This document shows, in pieces, positions 21,501 to 32,520 of a stretch of 32,909 nt of DNA (the stretch's first letter is position 1; each line of letters starts with the position of its first letter). Below the pieces are notes generated by a model. The model saw only the letters and a list, made by a program, of their open reading frames with translations. It was not told the origin of the DNA and searched no databases. Source of the DNA: Rozella allomycis CSF55 (taxonomy: Eukaryota); NCBI GenBank assembly GCA_000442015.1, contig KE561144.1, positions 1 through 32,909 on the forward strand, in the 5' to 3' direction. Both the position numbers and the translations under genes were made by a program.

Positions 21501-24500
21501 TTGGCGCTGGTTTGCCAAGAGTTATTGGTAATTCATTAATCTAGTTATTTCATTCTAGAAGCCTTTATTCCTTTGATGAAGCATTCTGATATAAATATTT
21601 CAATTGATATTTTAGAAATTGTAGAGCATGTTGGTGATATTGTCAATACATGCAAATTGCTAAACAAGAATGTGACGCAATTAATTGAATACATGAACAC
21701 AGTTAACAAAAACTTTAATCATAATCATCTTTTAATTGAATGGATTGTTTATAAATACGTTTTTGATTATTGGAATAATGAAATCAAAAATCTCTCATTT
21801 GATCAAGTTAAAGAAGTCAAAAAGGCAAAAGGATTCGAGTCTAAAAGTCACCACAGTCAGAATTCCGCAAGTAACACTCACGGACATTTACAATCACATT
21901 CCTCTTATACTAGTAATAGCAATAACCACGGTCACTTGCAATCCCACTCTTCTTATTTGTCAAGTCATTCAAATATAAGTTCTTCACAAACAAATGCTTC
22001 TTCAAACAGAGTATTGATAGGTCTAGAATTGAACAATGTCTTTGAAAATCCGTTTGTTGCAGATATTGTGTTAACGAATAAGTATGGAGAAGAGTATGAA
22101 ATGAAGCAAGATGATCTATTTGACGTAGAAAAGAATTTGTATCATAGATTTAATGATCCATCATTTCAGGAGCAAGCCAAGGACACTTTGTTGGAATTGC
22201 TAAAGATATTAATTCAACGATGGAAATTGATAGTCTCATTTCACAGTACAGAGACATTTAAAACCCTTATTTTGAAACAAGAAAAGCAAATGGGGTTTTC
22301 AAAAGATTCTATGCTTGTTAGAGGATATGAAAGTTTGCCACTTGGAAGAAACAACTATGATTCGGACTATTTAATCAAAATGTATAAAATGATGGAAGGT
22401 GAAGAGGAGGAAGATGAAAATAAAATGACATTTCTGTTTCATGAACCTTGTATTCCATTCAGGAAATTAGCAATCAATGATTTTGATGATTCGTTATTGA
22501 GTCTCAAATTCAGAAATTTCGACGATCTTGTTGAATCAATTAATGACCCTTTGCATTTAAAAATTTTAACGAGAGCAATTAAATTACAATTAATGGAAAG
22601 ATCCATTTGCTTCCTGAAATTAATTAGCAACAGTTTACTACTTATTAATCAAGATTTCATTCATGACTTTTTTAAAGAGAATTTCAACAATCAATTGGAA
22701 CTGAAAAGACTTGGATTTAATTCAATAGAAGAAATGAACAACTTTGATCTTTTGCATGATTATCCCATTCCAGAATATAAAGATTGTACTTTTACTGCAA
22801 TTCAAAAAAAGAATTTATTAAGAAAGCAAATTGTTTATCATTTTTCAAAGAATTATTATCAATACATTGAACTGAAATACACTCCAGAGAAAGCATTCCG
22901 TAGTATGATTCCGCTGAAATTAGAGTTGATGGATTGGTTCCACCAAAATATGCAAGAAACTATTATTGAAGCGTCGGATAGAATTCAGTTGTCTTTTCTA
23001 TTATTTATTCTAAATTCTCTGTCAAAGGAAACTATTCTGGGAAAGTCTGTCTTCAAATTAGAAAATTACAATAATAAAAAGGAGCAAAATGATGATTTAA
23101 ATTTAGAAATTAAATTAGAAATTGCTTCAAACATTTTGACTCAACAGGTAACTTGCAATATATTATTGTTTACTTTTGGTAGTTGACGGAAAAGATGAAG
23201 AAATTTTCCAGTTGTGGGAATTACCGAATGAATTCAATGTCCTTTCTGTTCCATTCAATGATGTTATTGTGCCTTTCAGAGAATTTAAATTGTTTAATCG
23301 CTCCAAATACGAAAAAATGTTTAAAGTTTATTCGTTTATAAATGATTTATTGAACATTGTAATGTTCTTTACGAGACTGATGAATTCTTTCAAGAAGACT
23401 ACCATTCAATCTAGAGCAGGTATTAAAATTATTGGTATGTGAAAGGTTTGGAAGCAAGGGATTATGATTCAGTGGTTGGTTTCATGACTGGATTGAAAAG
23501 GGACTTGAATAGTCTTGGAAATCCATTAAGCTATGAAAAACTATTTTCGTTTCTTAAACTTAAATATGAATTATTGTTTCTCAAACTAAGAGGTGTATTT
23601 GATAGAGTTCATGAACATTTTAAACAAAATAACGTAACTAGAAAGAACTATTAGAAATTAGAACTTTCATGGCGCCAGATTACTTTTGCGCAAGTTGAAT
23701 CACTTTGATCAAAAATATTACAATAATTTTTCATTTTTGAATAATGAATTATATTTTAACCCTATAAATGTTAATTCAGACTTTATTAAGAGTGATGCCA
23801 TTCTTTACCTTTTAACGAATGAAGACAAGAGATTCCTTTACACCAAAACATCTGAAGTAATTCCCTTTAATTTTTGATACAAAAGTTTGATTATTCGCTT
23901 GATCAATTCAATTCTGTTGGAATTTCAACAGACAACCCCATTGACACTTTGAAAAACCAAATGGACTATTTGACAGCAAACGTTAAATTGGTCCACTTGA
24001 GAAAAGAATTCTTTAGATTGTATCATTTGCAAAATCCTCTTCTAGGCGATTCCAAAGCACATTTGAATTTGTACACGTCCAAAATATTGATACCTGCAAT
24101 TGCAACTTATCAAAGATATGGAAGCAAAGGAAATGCATCGGAAACATATTTATTAAGAAATGATTGGCTGAATGATCCACCCTCAACTCAACATTATTTT
24201 AACAGAGTCGCCCAGATTCAATTTGATCGATGCCAAGCAATGGTTCTGCAAGATGAGATTTCTTGTCAGTACACAGTGTTCTTTCACAATTACGTTCAAA
24301 AATTGTATGAAAATCTGCAACAAGAGTTATCTGGGCGCCTATTCAAATTACAATNGTTATCTGGGCGCTTATTCAAATTACAATCAATTGTGCAAATTAA
24401 TCCTTTGTCTTTTGATTCAACAAGTGGATACGCATTATCGGAAAACGATGCTCAAGCGAAAAATTCAATAATTAATAAATTTATTCAGCAAATTAAAACC

Positions 24501-26221
24501 GCTGAACAAGCTGTCTTGCCGCTAGACAAAAGCAATAACCCCGATGTGTATTCTGTGTCAAAGCCATTGTTGAATCAAGCGGTAAATAAATTAAAGTTTT
24601 ATAAAAGTTATTTAATCTTGGGGCATCTTTAAGCAAATGGCAACAATTTAAAGTCAAGGAGAGAAGCACTTATTCCTTGGCATTGTTTCAGAGATTAATG
24701 GCAATGCTTGAAAGTAAAGATGAACAAATCAATATGCTTGAAAACACAATAAGGAATATTTGGAATGATTTCGACAGAAAAGTTAGAGTTGCTGGAGCTT
24801 ATGAAACTGCAGACATTCATATTGATTTGTCGACTGCCAACAACGAGTTAACCGAAATTAAAAAGCAAAGAAAAATTGACGTAAATTTTGTATTTCATTT
24901 TAAAAGGAAAAAAGAATCAAAGAAGAATTAATTGAAGAATATTCTGATCTGGTTAAAGAATTGCTAATGCAAGTTCAAGTGTTGGAGAACAGATTCAATG
25001 AATACAGGGAAAATTTATTTCATGAAACAATGATAATAATGTCTGATGCGAAAAAAGAACAAATGAGGGTACTTTGCTGCCTCGTGTTTAATAAATTTAG
25101 GTTCTTGCAGATGGAACAATTGACACAACAAAAATGGCCAAAAAGAAGGCCAAAGAACAGTTAGAAGCTGAAACCAAATTTCAGGACCTTTTGGAAGATA
25201 ACAATGAATTAAGATTAACAGTAAATACTCCTCCTTTGGATTAATAAGATTTCAAAGATGAGAACAATGCACGCGATAAAGGACATGGCTGTTAGAAATG
25301 TTTACGAAAGAAAAATTAATAAACTTTCTAAAGATTTGAAATTAACCGAAGAGAAATTGTGGGAATGTTATAGAGACTCAGAAGCGAGAGAAAGAATACT
25401 AAAACGACAATTAAATAAAGCTCAAAAGGTAGTCACTTTGTTTCTAATATATTTAGTCTTGCGTTTTTGCTGAATCTGAAGTTGAAGAATTAAGAAAAAG
25501 ATTAAAAGATGAACATCGTGAAAAACAAACATTGACGAGGACCAAAATCACAGATGACGCCAAAATCAAGCAATTAAGCGAAAGAATTAAGAACTTGGAA
25601 AAATATGACGGTATCTATTTTAGATTCTATTTACTTAAAGGAATCGACGTTGATAATCTATTGATTCAAATTATGGAAAAGGATAAGCAATTAGATTCTT
25701 ACAGGATAGAAACAATGAGAAAGAAAGCTTACGAAAAAGCACAAGTAATTCATCAATATATTCTTAATTTCAGGAATCTAGGAATAAAATGCTAAGTAGC
25801 TCTTCAAAAAGCATGTTGTTTGCTGCTNATGCTTAGTAGCTCTTCAAAAAGCATGCTGTTTGCTGCTGCGTTAGGACACCTTCAAACTTTGGAATTCAAA
25901 TCAAATTCTAACATCGTCTCAAGCTCAGAGCAGGATCAAGAACAACAAAACAATCAATCTAAAGGTCTTCGTTTCGCTACAACTGCTGGTAACATTAAAT
26001 TTTGATTTTTAAAAGAATTCATCGCGCCTAGAGTCAAAACTACTTTCAGTGCTTCAACCGCTGCGACAAGACCTACAACTTCAAGTAGGCCAAGCTCTCT
26101 GGCTAAAAGTAAAAGAAAAGACTATCTATCCATTCTGCTTGAAAAGCCGACAGTCACTGCAACTAAATCTGAAAATATCGACGCGAAAGCCAAAATTAGA
26201 CCATTTACAGCCGCTAAATAA
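18519..26221 (+). CDS. Very large multi-exon coiled-coil protein, CCDC162/DUF4549-like
   Basis: Successive same-strand ORFs are separated by ~27-35 nt GT-AG introns. Segments YYSRAMELAETSKLLLSRWSRY...EYSEMVTRYERM, LRFVKLR...LNFMRSIEKRI and ILYDVAFDDLQKIENEML resemble CCDC162/DUF4549 as I recall it. Ends ...IRPFTAAK*. Confidence 0.7.
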
Positions 26222-26373
26222 ATTTCATTTTTGTCCTTAATTGGTAATCGAGTTTGCTCTTTCTCTGGTTGTTTATTTATTGATTGTTTATTTAACAATC
26301 ATACTTCCTTTTATGGCAAGTCAATCAATACCTCTGATATAAATACGGATAAACAAACAAATCATTCCATTAA

Positions 26374-27145
26374 ATGAAACGATCACTCTTCATACACTGT
26401 GTTTTCCTCGCATCCGCCTTCACTCTAACTATTCCTGAAGTATTACTTGGTCTTGTAAATGCAGCTAGATCTTTAAATGGACTCTCTCCTCTATGTTTAG
26501 ACAAGTACTTTATCTTATAGACAGGTAATAATAGTACACTCAACACCATGGCACAACTTCACACTCAAGATCAGGCCAAGACAAACATTCTCTCCCATAC
26601 TGGATCAGATGGTTCAACTATTGCGGCCAGAGCATCCAGGCAAAACTTAAAATTCATTTCCCTTGGTGAAAATGTCGCTCAAGGGTTTCCTACACCCCAA
26701 TCTGGTAAGCCGGTACAATGGGAATAAAGCAGTTTTCGACGGGTGGATGAATTCACCTGGACATAGAGCAAATATACTTAACCGAGATTATAATTCCATG
26801 GGTGTTGGTTTTGTTGGCTCATTTTGGACGCAGGATTTTGCACAGATTCCAAACTTTTCTTGCAGGCCAACATCATCATTGTCTAATCCGATTACAAACA
26901 CGACCCCTACTCCAAAAGCCTCAAATGTTACAGCAACAATTCCTTCATCAACTGCAACACCAGTGTCCAATGGCCAAAATTTAGTGAATCAACTGATGAG
27001 TACCCAAAAACAAGAATTAAGCATTGATGATAGCTCTTCAACCAAAACTTCTTTCGTGCCTATTAAAAGATCCAGAACTATCACTCGAATTCCAACAGTG
27101 TTGCCTGATGGGAGAAGAGCTGTTCTAATAATAAGACGCGGTTAA
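26374..27145 (+). CDS. Secreted CAP/SCP (YkwD-like) protein with Ser/Thr-rich tail
   Basis: Signal peptide MKRSLFIHCVFLASAFT, then LVNAAR, SHTGSDGS, GENVAQG, WMNSPGHRANILN and FWTQDF. Two introns of ~30 and 25 nt. Confidence 0.9.
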
Positions 27146-27189
27146 ATGATTAAATTTAATAAATATTTTATGATAAACTTTAAATATCT

Positions 27190-27616
27190 TTATTGAGCTT
27201 GAACCTCAGGCATGGTAGTCTCAATGACATTTTCTGCAGGCACTTGTGGGGCGGCTTCTTTTGCTTCTATTGCCATTTCAATAGCTTCATTTTTCTCTTC
27301 TTGAACTGGGTCATTTGAATGAGTTAGCAAATACGATCCCAGAAATTGGCATCTATTTTTCAAATATAATGTAAATTATTACGGATTTAAGGGTCTCTCT
27401 TTTACAAGAATTTTCATACCTTCCGCTAGTATTGGCACAACAGTTTGATCTAAATATGAACGAATAGGCAACGCTTGAAGATTTTGGCGATTGAGCTTGA
27501 GAATTGCATCGCGATCCAACTCGGTGTTCTATGAATAAAGTATAACTATTTTTTACTTCAGGTTGAGATATGTCAGTTGTGGACTGTTGAAGAGTTGACA
27601 TGTCCTGTTCTGTCAT
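27190..27616 (-). CDS. DPY30: Dpy-30/Sdc1 motif protein (COMPASS subunit)
   Basis: [42 protein letters not shown] with two short introns. The correct frame is absent from the ORF track. Confidence 0.88.
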
Positions 27617-27648
27617 TTTCAAATTTACGCCGAAATTTCCTTGCGAGG

Positions 27649-28731
27649 ATGAATCCTTTCCCCAAGATAGCTCTTGATGAGACTGAAAAAACTCGCGATC
27701 AAAAAGATATTATTAAACAATTCATAGAGAAAAATGCATGTGAAAGGATCGTTATTGTAACAGTAAGTATTTTAGGTGCGATTGATAGAGTGGAGGAACA
27801 ACGGTGCCTCTAGAGAAAAATATGGTGCGGTACCTGGACAATTTTTCTGCTGGTACACGAGGCGCTGTCTCAACTGAATATCCTTTTTGTTTTTTTCTAA
27901 AATATTAGACAGGTTCTCCTTAATTGGTTACATGGTTCCTTCGACACGATTATGCTGTTATATTCATGCATAGACATTACAGCCTTCAACCTTTCAGTCG
28001 ACACTTCACACATGCAACGAATTGCTTCTTAGATTTGTTGGATATTGAAGACCGTGATGAAGATATTAAAAGTAGAGTTGAATTCAATCCTATATATAGT
28101 CAAAAATCAATATGAAAGTCTGAAAAATATTTTAAAAGAATATCAAAGAGTAATGGACTATGTAATTAAGCAAAGGTTAAAGAAAGTGGAAAATTGTTAA
28201 TGGTGACCTATTCAACTGTTTTCGATTATCTAAGCATGCTGCGGCTTATAGCCGAATTTTTAGTCCCATATGATGCTCAGGCAATGTTTTACTTGGCGGC
28301 AGCTGTATCTGATTACTACATGCCGTTTGAAGACCTTCCACAGCATAAAATTCAGTCATCAAAAAACGGTCTTGAATTAAAGTTAACTTGTGTGCCCAAA
28401 ATTATAAAAGAAGTAGCTTCATTGTGCAAGAATTCTTACATTGTCACGTTCAAGGTAACTAAATCATTCAAGTATTTTGGAGCTAGAAACAGATCCGAGC
28501 CTACTCGATTCCAAGAGCGAAGAAGCGTTATCAAATTATGGACATCAAGCAGTCATTGGAAATATTTTAAGTCAAAGGAAAATGTCTGTAAATATTTATA
28601 GAAGAGATTATGACACCGTTAATATAACATTAGATGATTCTAAATTAGAGCAAAATACCGAGATTGAACAGCTAATTGTAGAAAAATTAATAGAATTTCA
28701 TACTAAATGGATTAATAGAAGTATTATTTAA
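27649..28731 (+). CDS. PPCS: Phosphopantothenate--cysteine ligase (Cab2/PPCS)
   Basis: [67 protein letters not shown] and TFK|LETD. Confidence 0.95.
27878..27931 (+). other. U12-type (minor spliceosome) AT-AC intron in PPCS, 54 nt
   Basis: 5' site ATATCCTTT, branch-point TTCTCCTTAAT at 27914-27924 and 3' TAC. Splicing gives GA|A = Glu, preserving STE-WFL. Retention hits TAG at 27906. Confidence 0.9.
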
Positions 28732-28789
28732 AATAAACAATACCCGTTTGCTTATTAAGTTATTAGTCTGAAAATTCGCGTATTATCTT

Positions 28790-29128
28790 ATGTCGTTACG
28801 GGTGAACCAACAGCTTTTACGCCAAAAACAGCAGTCTCAGCAAGAAGAGGAAATAGAAAAAACTCAGAGACTCATAAAGTCACTTTTTCCTCCCATCGAT
28901 CGGGATTACAATTGGGCAGTTGCATGGCATGACCCGATATCTCAAAGTATGCAAAGGATTTTCAATAATGAAAATTTTGATGTGCCTATCAATGAAGACT
29001 TTAATTACAAGTCTAGATTTCCGCCGTCGTTTCAACTCGAGCGAGAACTAACATTACGAAGGCTAAAGGAGGAGGAAGAAAACAAAAAGCAAGCATCATC
29101 AGTCTATAAAATGTATAGAATTGAAAGT
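28790..29128 (+). CDS. Hypothetical protein, 3' end lost at the junction n at 29129
   Basis: Open frame from ATG to the n junction. No motif recognised. Confidence 0.6.
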
Positions 29129-29130
29129 NG

Positions 29131-29541
29131 TTAGTCGGGATACTAATATTCACGTCTGTTAGGGGGTTACTGTTGCAATTAATTAAGGTAACATTGAATT
29201 ACTAAAACCAGTAGTTTTTCCGATCATACTCAAACCAAGAGCGCTCAGGAATAATGGTTCTATTTTCAGCACAAATAATGGGAATGTATTTTCTTTCTTC
29301 GGTTATCATGCTTCGCATGAATTTGCCTGCAGAATACAGGACGATCATAGTTGACGTTCTCTCGGACATAAAGTTTGACTTTTACCACAGATGGTTTGAC
29401 GTTATATTTCTGATATCAGCTGTGACGTCTGTAATTATAATATATGTGAATCAAAGCAAGTCAACAATAATCAAATAAAGCTAATTTAATGGAATTGCAT
29501 TTATTTCTTATCAATTAAGTATTAATGACGTCAATTGCTTA
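29131..29541 (+). repeat. Near-identical inverted copy of the GPR89 3' end (matches 32458-32868); probable misplaced allelic contig
   Basis: 411-bp reverse-complement match with a few substitutions (e.g. ISAVTS vs ISALTS), lying between single n's at 29129 and 29542. Confidence 0.85.
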
Positions 29542-29848
29542 NCTACATTCTCAACAAAGCCAATGTTGTAACTTGTATAGGCTCATTATGAATAAAGAAT
29601 AGAAATTATAATCCGAGTATTAATATGATCTTTCTTTAATTTACCATCCAAATTTAGTGAGATAAACTAAACTAGGGAGGTTCGTCGCACTTCGCAGTCG
29701 TGGAAGCCTAATTCAATCAAATTCTCAAGAATATTTTCGGGAAGTTCAAAGTTGATTAAATTTAAAAGCATTAAATATTAATTATTGCAATTTAATTTTC
29801 CCAATGTGACTAAAACGTGACAGTGTTCCTACCTTGCCACAGTCAGGG

Positions 29849-31056
29849 ATGTTTCTTTTGTTCTTGCTTTTTGTATTGAAACTAGTAATCACTAATCCAC
29901 CTCCTCCATTGGGAAGGTTCCCGCTGGACCACCCATACATAGTAAGTTGCATTAATTACAATTTTGAGAATCGGGCACCTAAAGTTTGGTTAATGAAAAA
30001 TTGTAAAACAAGCATGACAGATTATGATGTCATAGATGAACTTCAAGTTACGTCGTAAAAATACATTATTGATCCTATTGAAAGTGCCCACAATAAATTC
30101 TACATTGTGGAAAACAAGATTACTGGAGACTTGGTAAGTATTTTTTGAAAAAGTGAAAGTTCATCAGGAAAGATCTAAATTTCTTGCATGAGAAGTTGAT
30201 GCCTTTGCAAATTCGAGATCGAGGTGCACAATTCGCTCATGAAATTTATTTATCATTAAACGTTCAACATAAATACATACTTCAAAGTAAGGAGTGTGGT
30301 TATCACGGAGAATTCGTGTCGGTAAGTCACATATATTGACTAAATGAGCTTTATATACCGTATATTAAAGGCACTGACTTATTTGATGCTCTATTTTCAA
30401 AGCATCGAATACTGAAAGACACGGAGAAGCTAGCTGCCTTGGTATCGATAAATATTTTGAACGCACTCTCTTATTTAGAAAAGGAATCGATTGCTCATAG
30501 GGATATTAAGCCTGAAAATATCATGGTAGACTTTGATGGAAACATGTTTCTAAGTAAGAATAGAGCTAAATATTAATGCAGTCGACTTTGGTCTTTCTGA
30601 AAGCATGTTAAATACCAGATGCATTAATCCTTCTGGAACCCAAGGATTTCTATCTCCAGAATGCTTTAACAGAGATTTATATTGCAGAGAGTCATTATCG
30701 AAGGTAATACTTTGGTGTGGTGTGGTAAGAATAGTCCGATATTTGGTCACTTGGTTGTGACGTTATTAAATATTCTAACTCGTCAAAACCCCTTTGAAAG
30801 ATGGAGACTCTTGAGTGATAAATTTGATGCCAGTGTATTCAATGATGCAGAAACTTTAATAGACTCGGTGTCTACAATGATTTCAACTGGCATGAAGGAT
30901 CTATTAATGCAAATGCTTACCATGGATTGTGATAAGCGACCTAGAGCAGATGATTTATTAAACGTAAAGGTTTAATTCAACCGTCTTTAGCATCCAATAT
31001 TGAAATCATATGAGGAATACAACAAACCCGAAGTTATCAAAGAATTGATATTTTAA
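29849..31056 (+). CDS. Divergent Ser/Thr protein kinase with N-terminal signal-peptide-like segment; apparent +1 frameshift at 30755-30756
   Basis: [48 protein letters not shown][extra T]VTLL and KRPRADDLLN|HP. Tiny introns. Confidence 0.8.
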
Positions 31057-31068
31057 AAGAATAAATTT

Positions 31069-32384
31069 TTATTCAAAGAGTTCATTGGTATTTAGAAGGG
31101 CATTGATTGTGCGCTTTGGCAAACCTTTAATGACATCTTTGGTAGAATCTGAAACCAATTCCTTTTTCAATTGGGTTGGATTAAGATCTTGAATGGCCAA
31201 GTAAAGGGCAATTACACCAGCAACATGGGGAGTAGCCATGGAAGTACCCGAGATGACATTCACAGCGTCAGTATCACCAATCCATGCAGATGCAATGTCG
31301 ACTCCAGGTGCATGAATATTTACACATTCACCNGATCAGTAGCACCAACAGTGATAGCATATTGACTTGCGGCAGGGCTTGTATTACATGCGTCTTGATT
31401 TTCATTTCCAGCAGCTACAGCGAAATGGACTCCTTTCTTAACAGCTACATCAACAGCACGGTCTAGTGAAGGTGATCTTCCTCCACCCAATGACATGGAA
31501 GCCACTGATTTTGCCTTGGGATTTTTCAAGTGTTCTTTAACAACCCATTCAATTCCTCCAACAACTCCTGACATTGATCCAGAGCCGCCTGAGCTTAAAA
31601 CTTTAACTGCAATCAAGTTCACATTTTTTGCTACACCAAAGTCTTTTCCTCCAATAGTGCCCGCACAATGAGTTCCATGACCATTACCATCAAAGTCTCC
31701 TTCCCAGCTAATGAAAGATGTTCCCCATTTTGCACGACCTTCAAATTGACTGTGTTCAACATAAATTCCTGTATCAATGACATAGACATCAATCCCATTG
31801 CCAGCAGAGACTGGGTATGAGTAGTTTCCATATGCTTCTGGAATTGGGCGAGAAGAAACTCTGGAAATACCCCATCTAACTTGATAAACATTTTAACTAA
31901 TTACGGTGCATTTTCTTGTACACTTGGACGTTGACGGGGAAAGAATGAGTCCTTTTCTTGTACAATTTCTTCTTCCAAATATCTGACTGCCAATCTTTCA
32001 CGGTTGCTTGATTTCATATGTTTAGGAATATACATTCCAACCGTTACAACCTATTACAGTATTATTTGACTTTATTACTTGGTCATGTTCAATATATTCA
32101 ATCGCATCATTATGACGCAACTTTTCCAGCACTTGGTCGTTAAATGTTCCAGCATATCCCTTTAGTTTGTCTGTATTATAAACATGGGTAATAGTTGATT
32201 CAGGATGATCTTCAAGAACGCTTTGAATCCATTTGTGATGTTCTTCAACAGCAGCGGTGGACACATCATCATGCTTTAAAGAGACAATGTACCTGCCCGG
32301 AATGATTTGAGAACCAGGGTGAAATATAATGTCATGGCGAGCTAATGCCAAAACGGCCAATGCAAGGAAAACGATGCACTTCAT
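31069..32384 (-). CDS. Subtilisin-like serine protease (S8A, proteinase B/proteinase K-like) with signal peptide and I9 propeptide
   Basis: Triad motifs [15 protein letters not shown] and [16 protein letters not shown] oxyanion motif; propeptide [10 protein letters not shown]...YIEHDQ. A short segment is missing at n 31333. Confidence 0.95.
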
Positions 32385-32520
32385 CAGAGGTAATATGACA
32401 AGGGTCTTTGATTAGCTAAGCCCTTTTATTGTCACCATCAGTAAAATTCAGAAATGATAAGCAATTGACGTCATTAATACTTAATTGATAAGAAATAAAT
32501 GCAATTCTATCAAATTAGCT

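Noticed and set aside
31325-31340. Missing conserved FSN-x-G segment in the subtilisin
   Set aside because: It coincides with n at 31333, so this is an assembly break and not a real deletion.
468-31891. Numerous short antisense or off-frame ORFs in the track (e.g. 3611-3988, 5230-5559, 11810-12271, 18488-18838, 19371-19835, 31631-31891)
   Set aside because: They are shadows of well-supported genes on the other strand or frame and have no motifs of their own.
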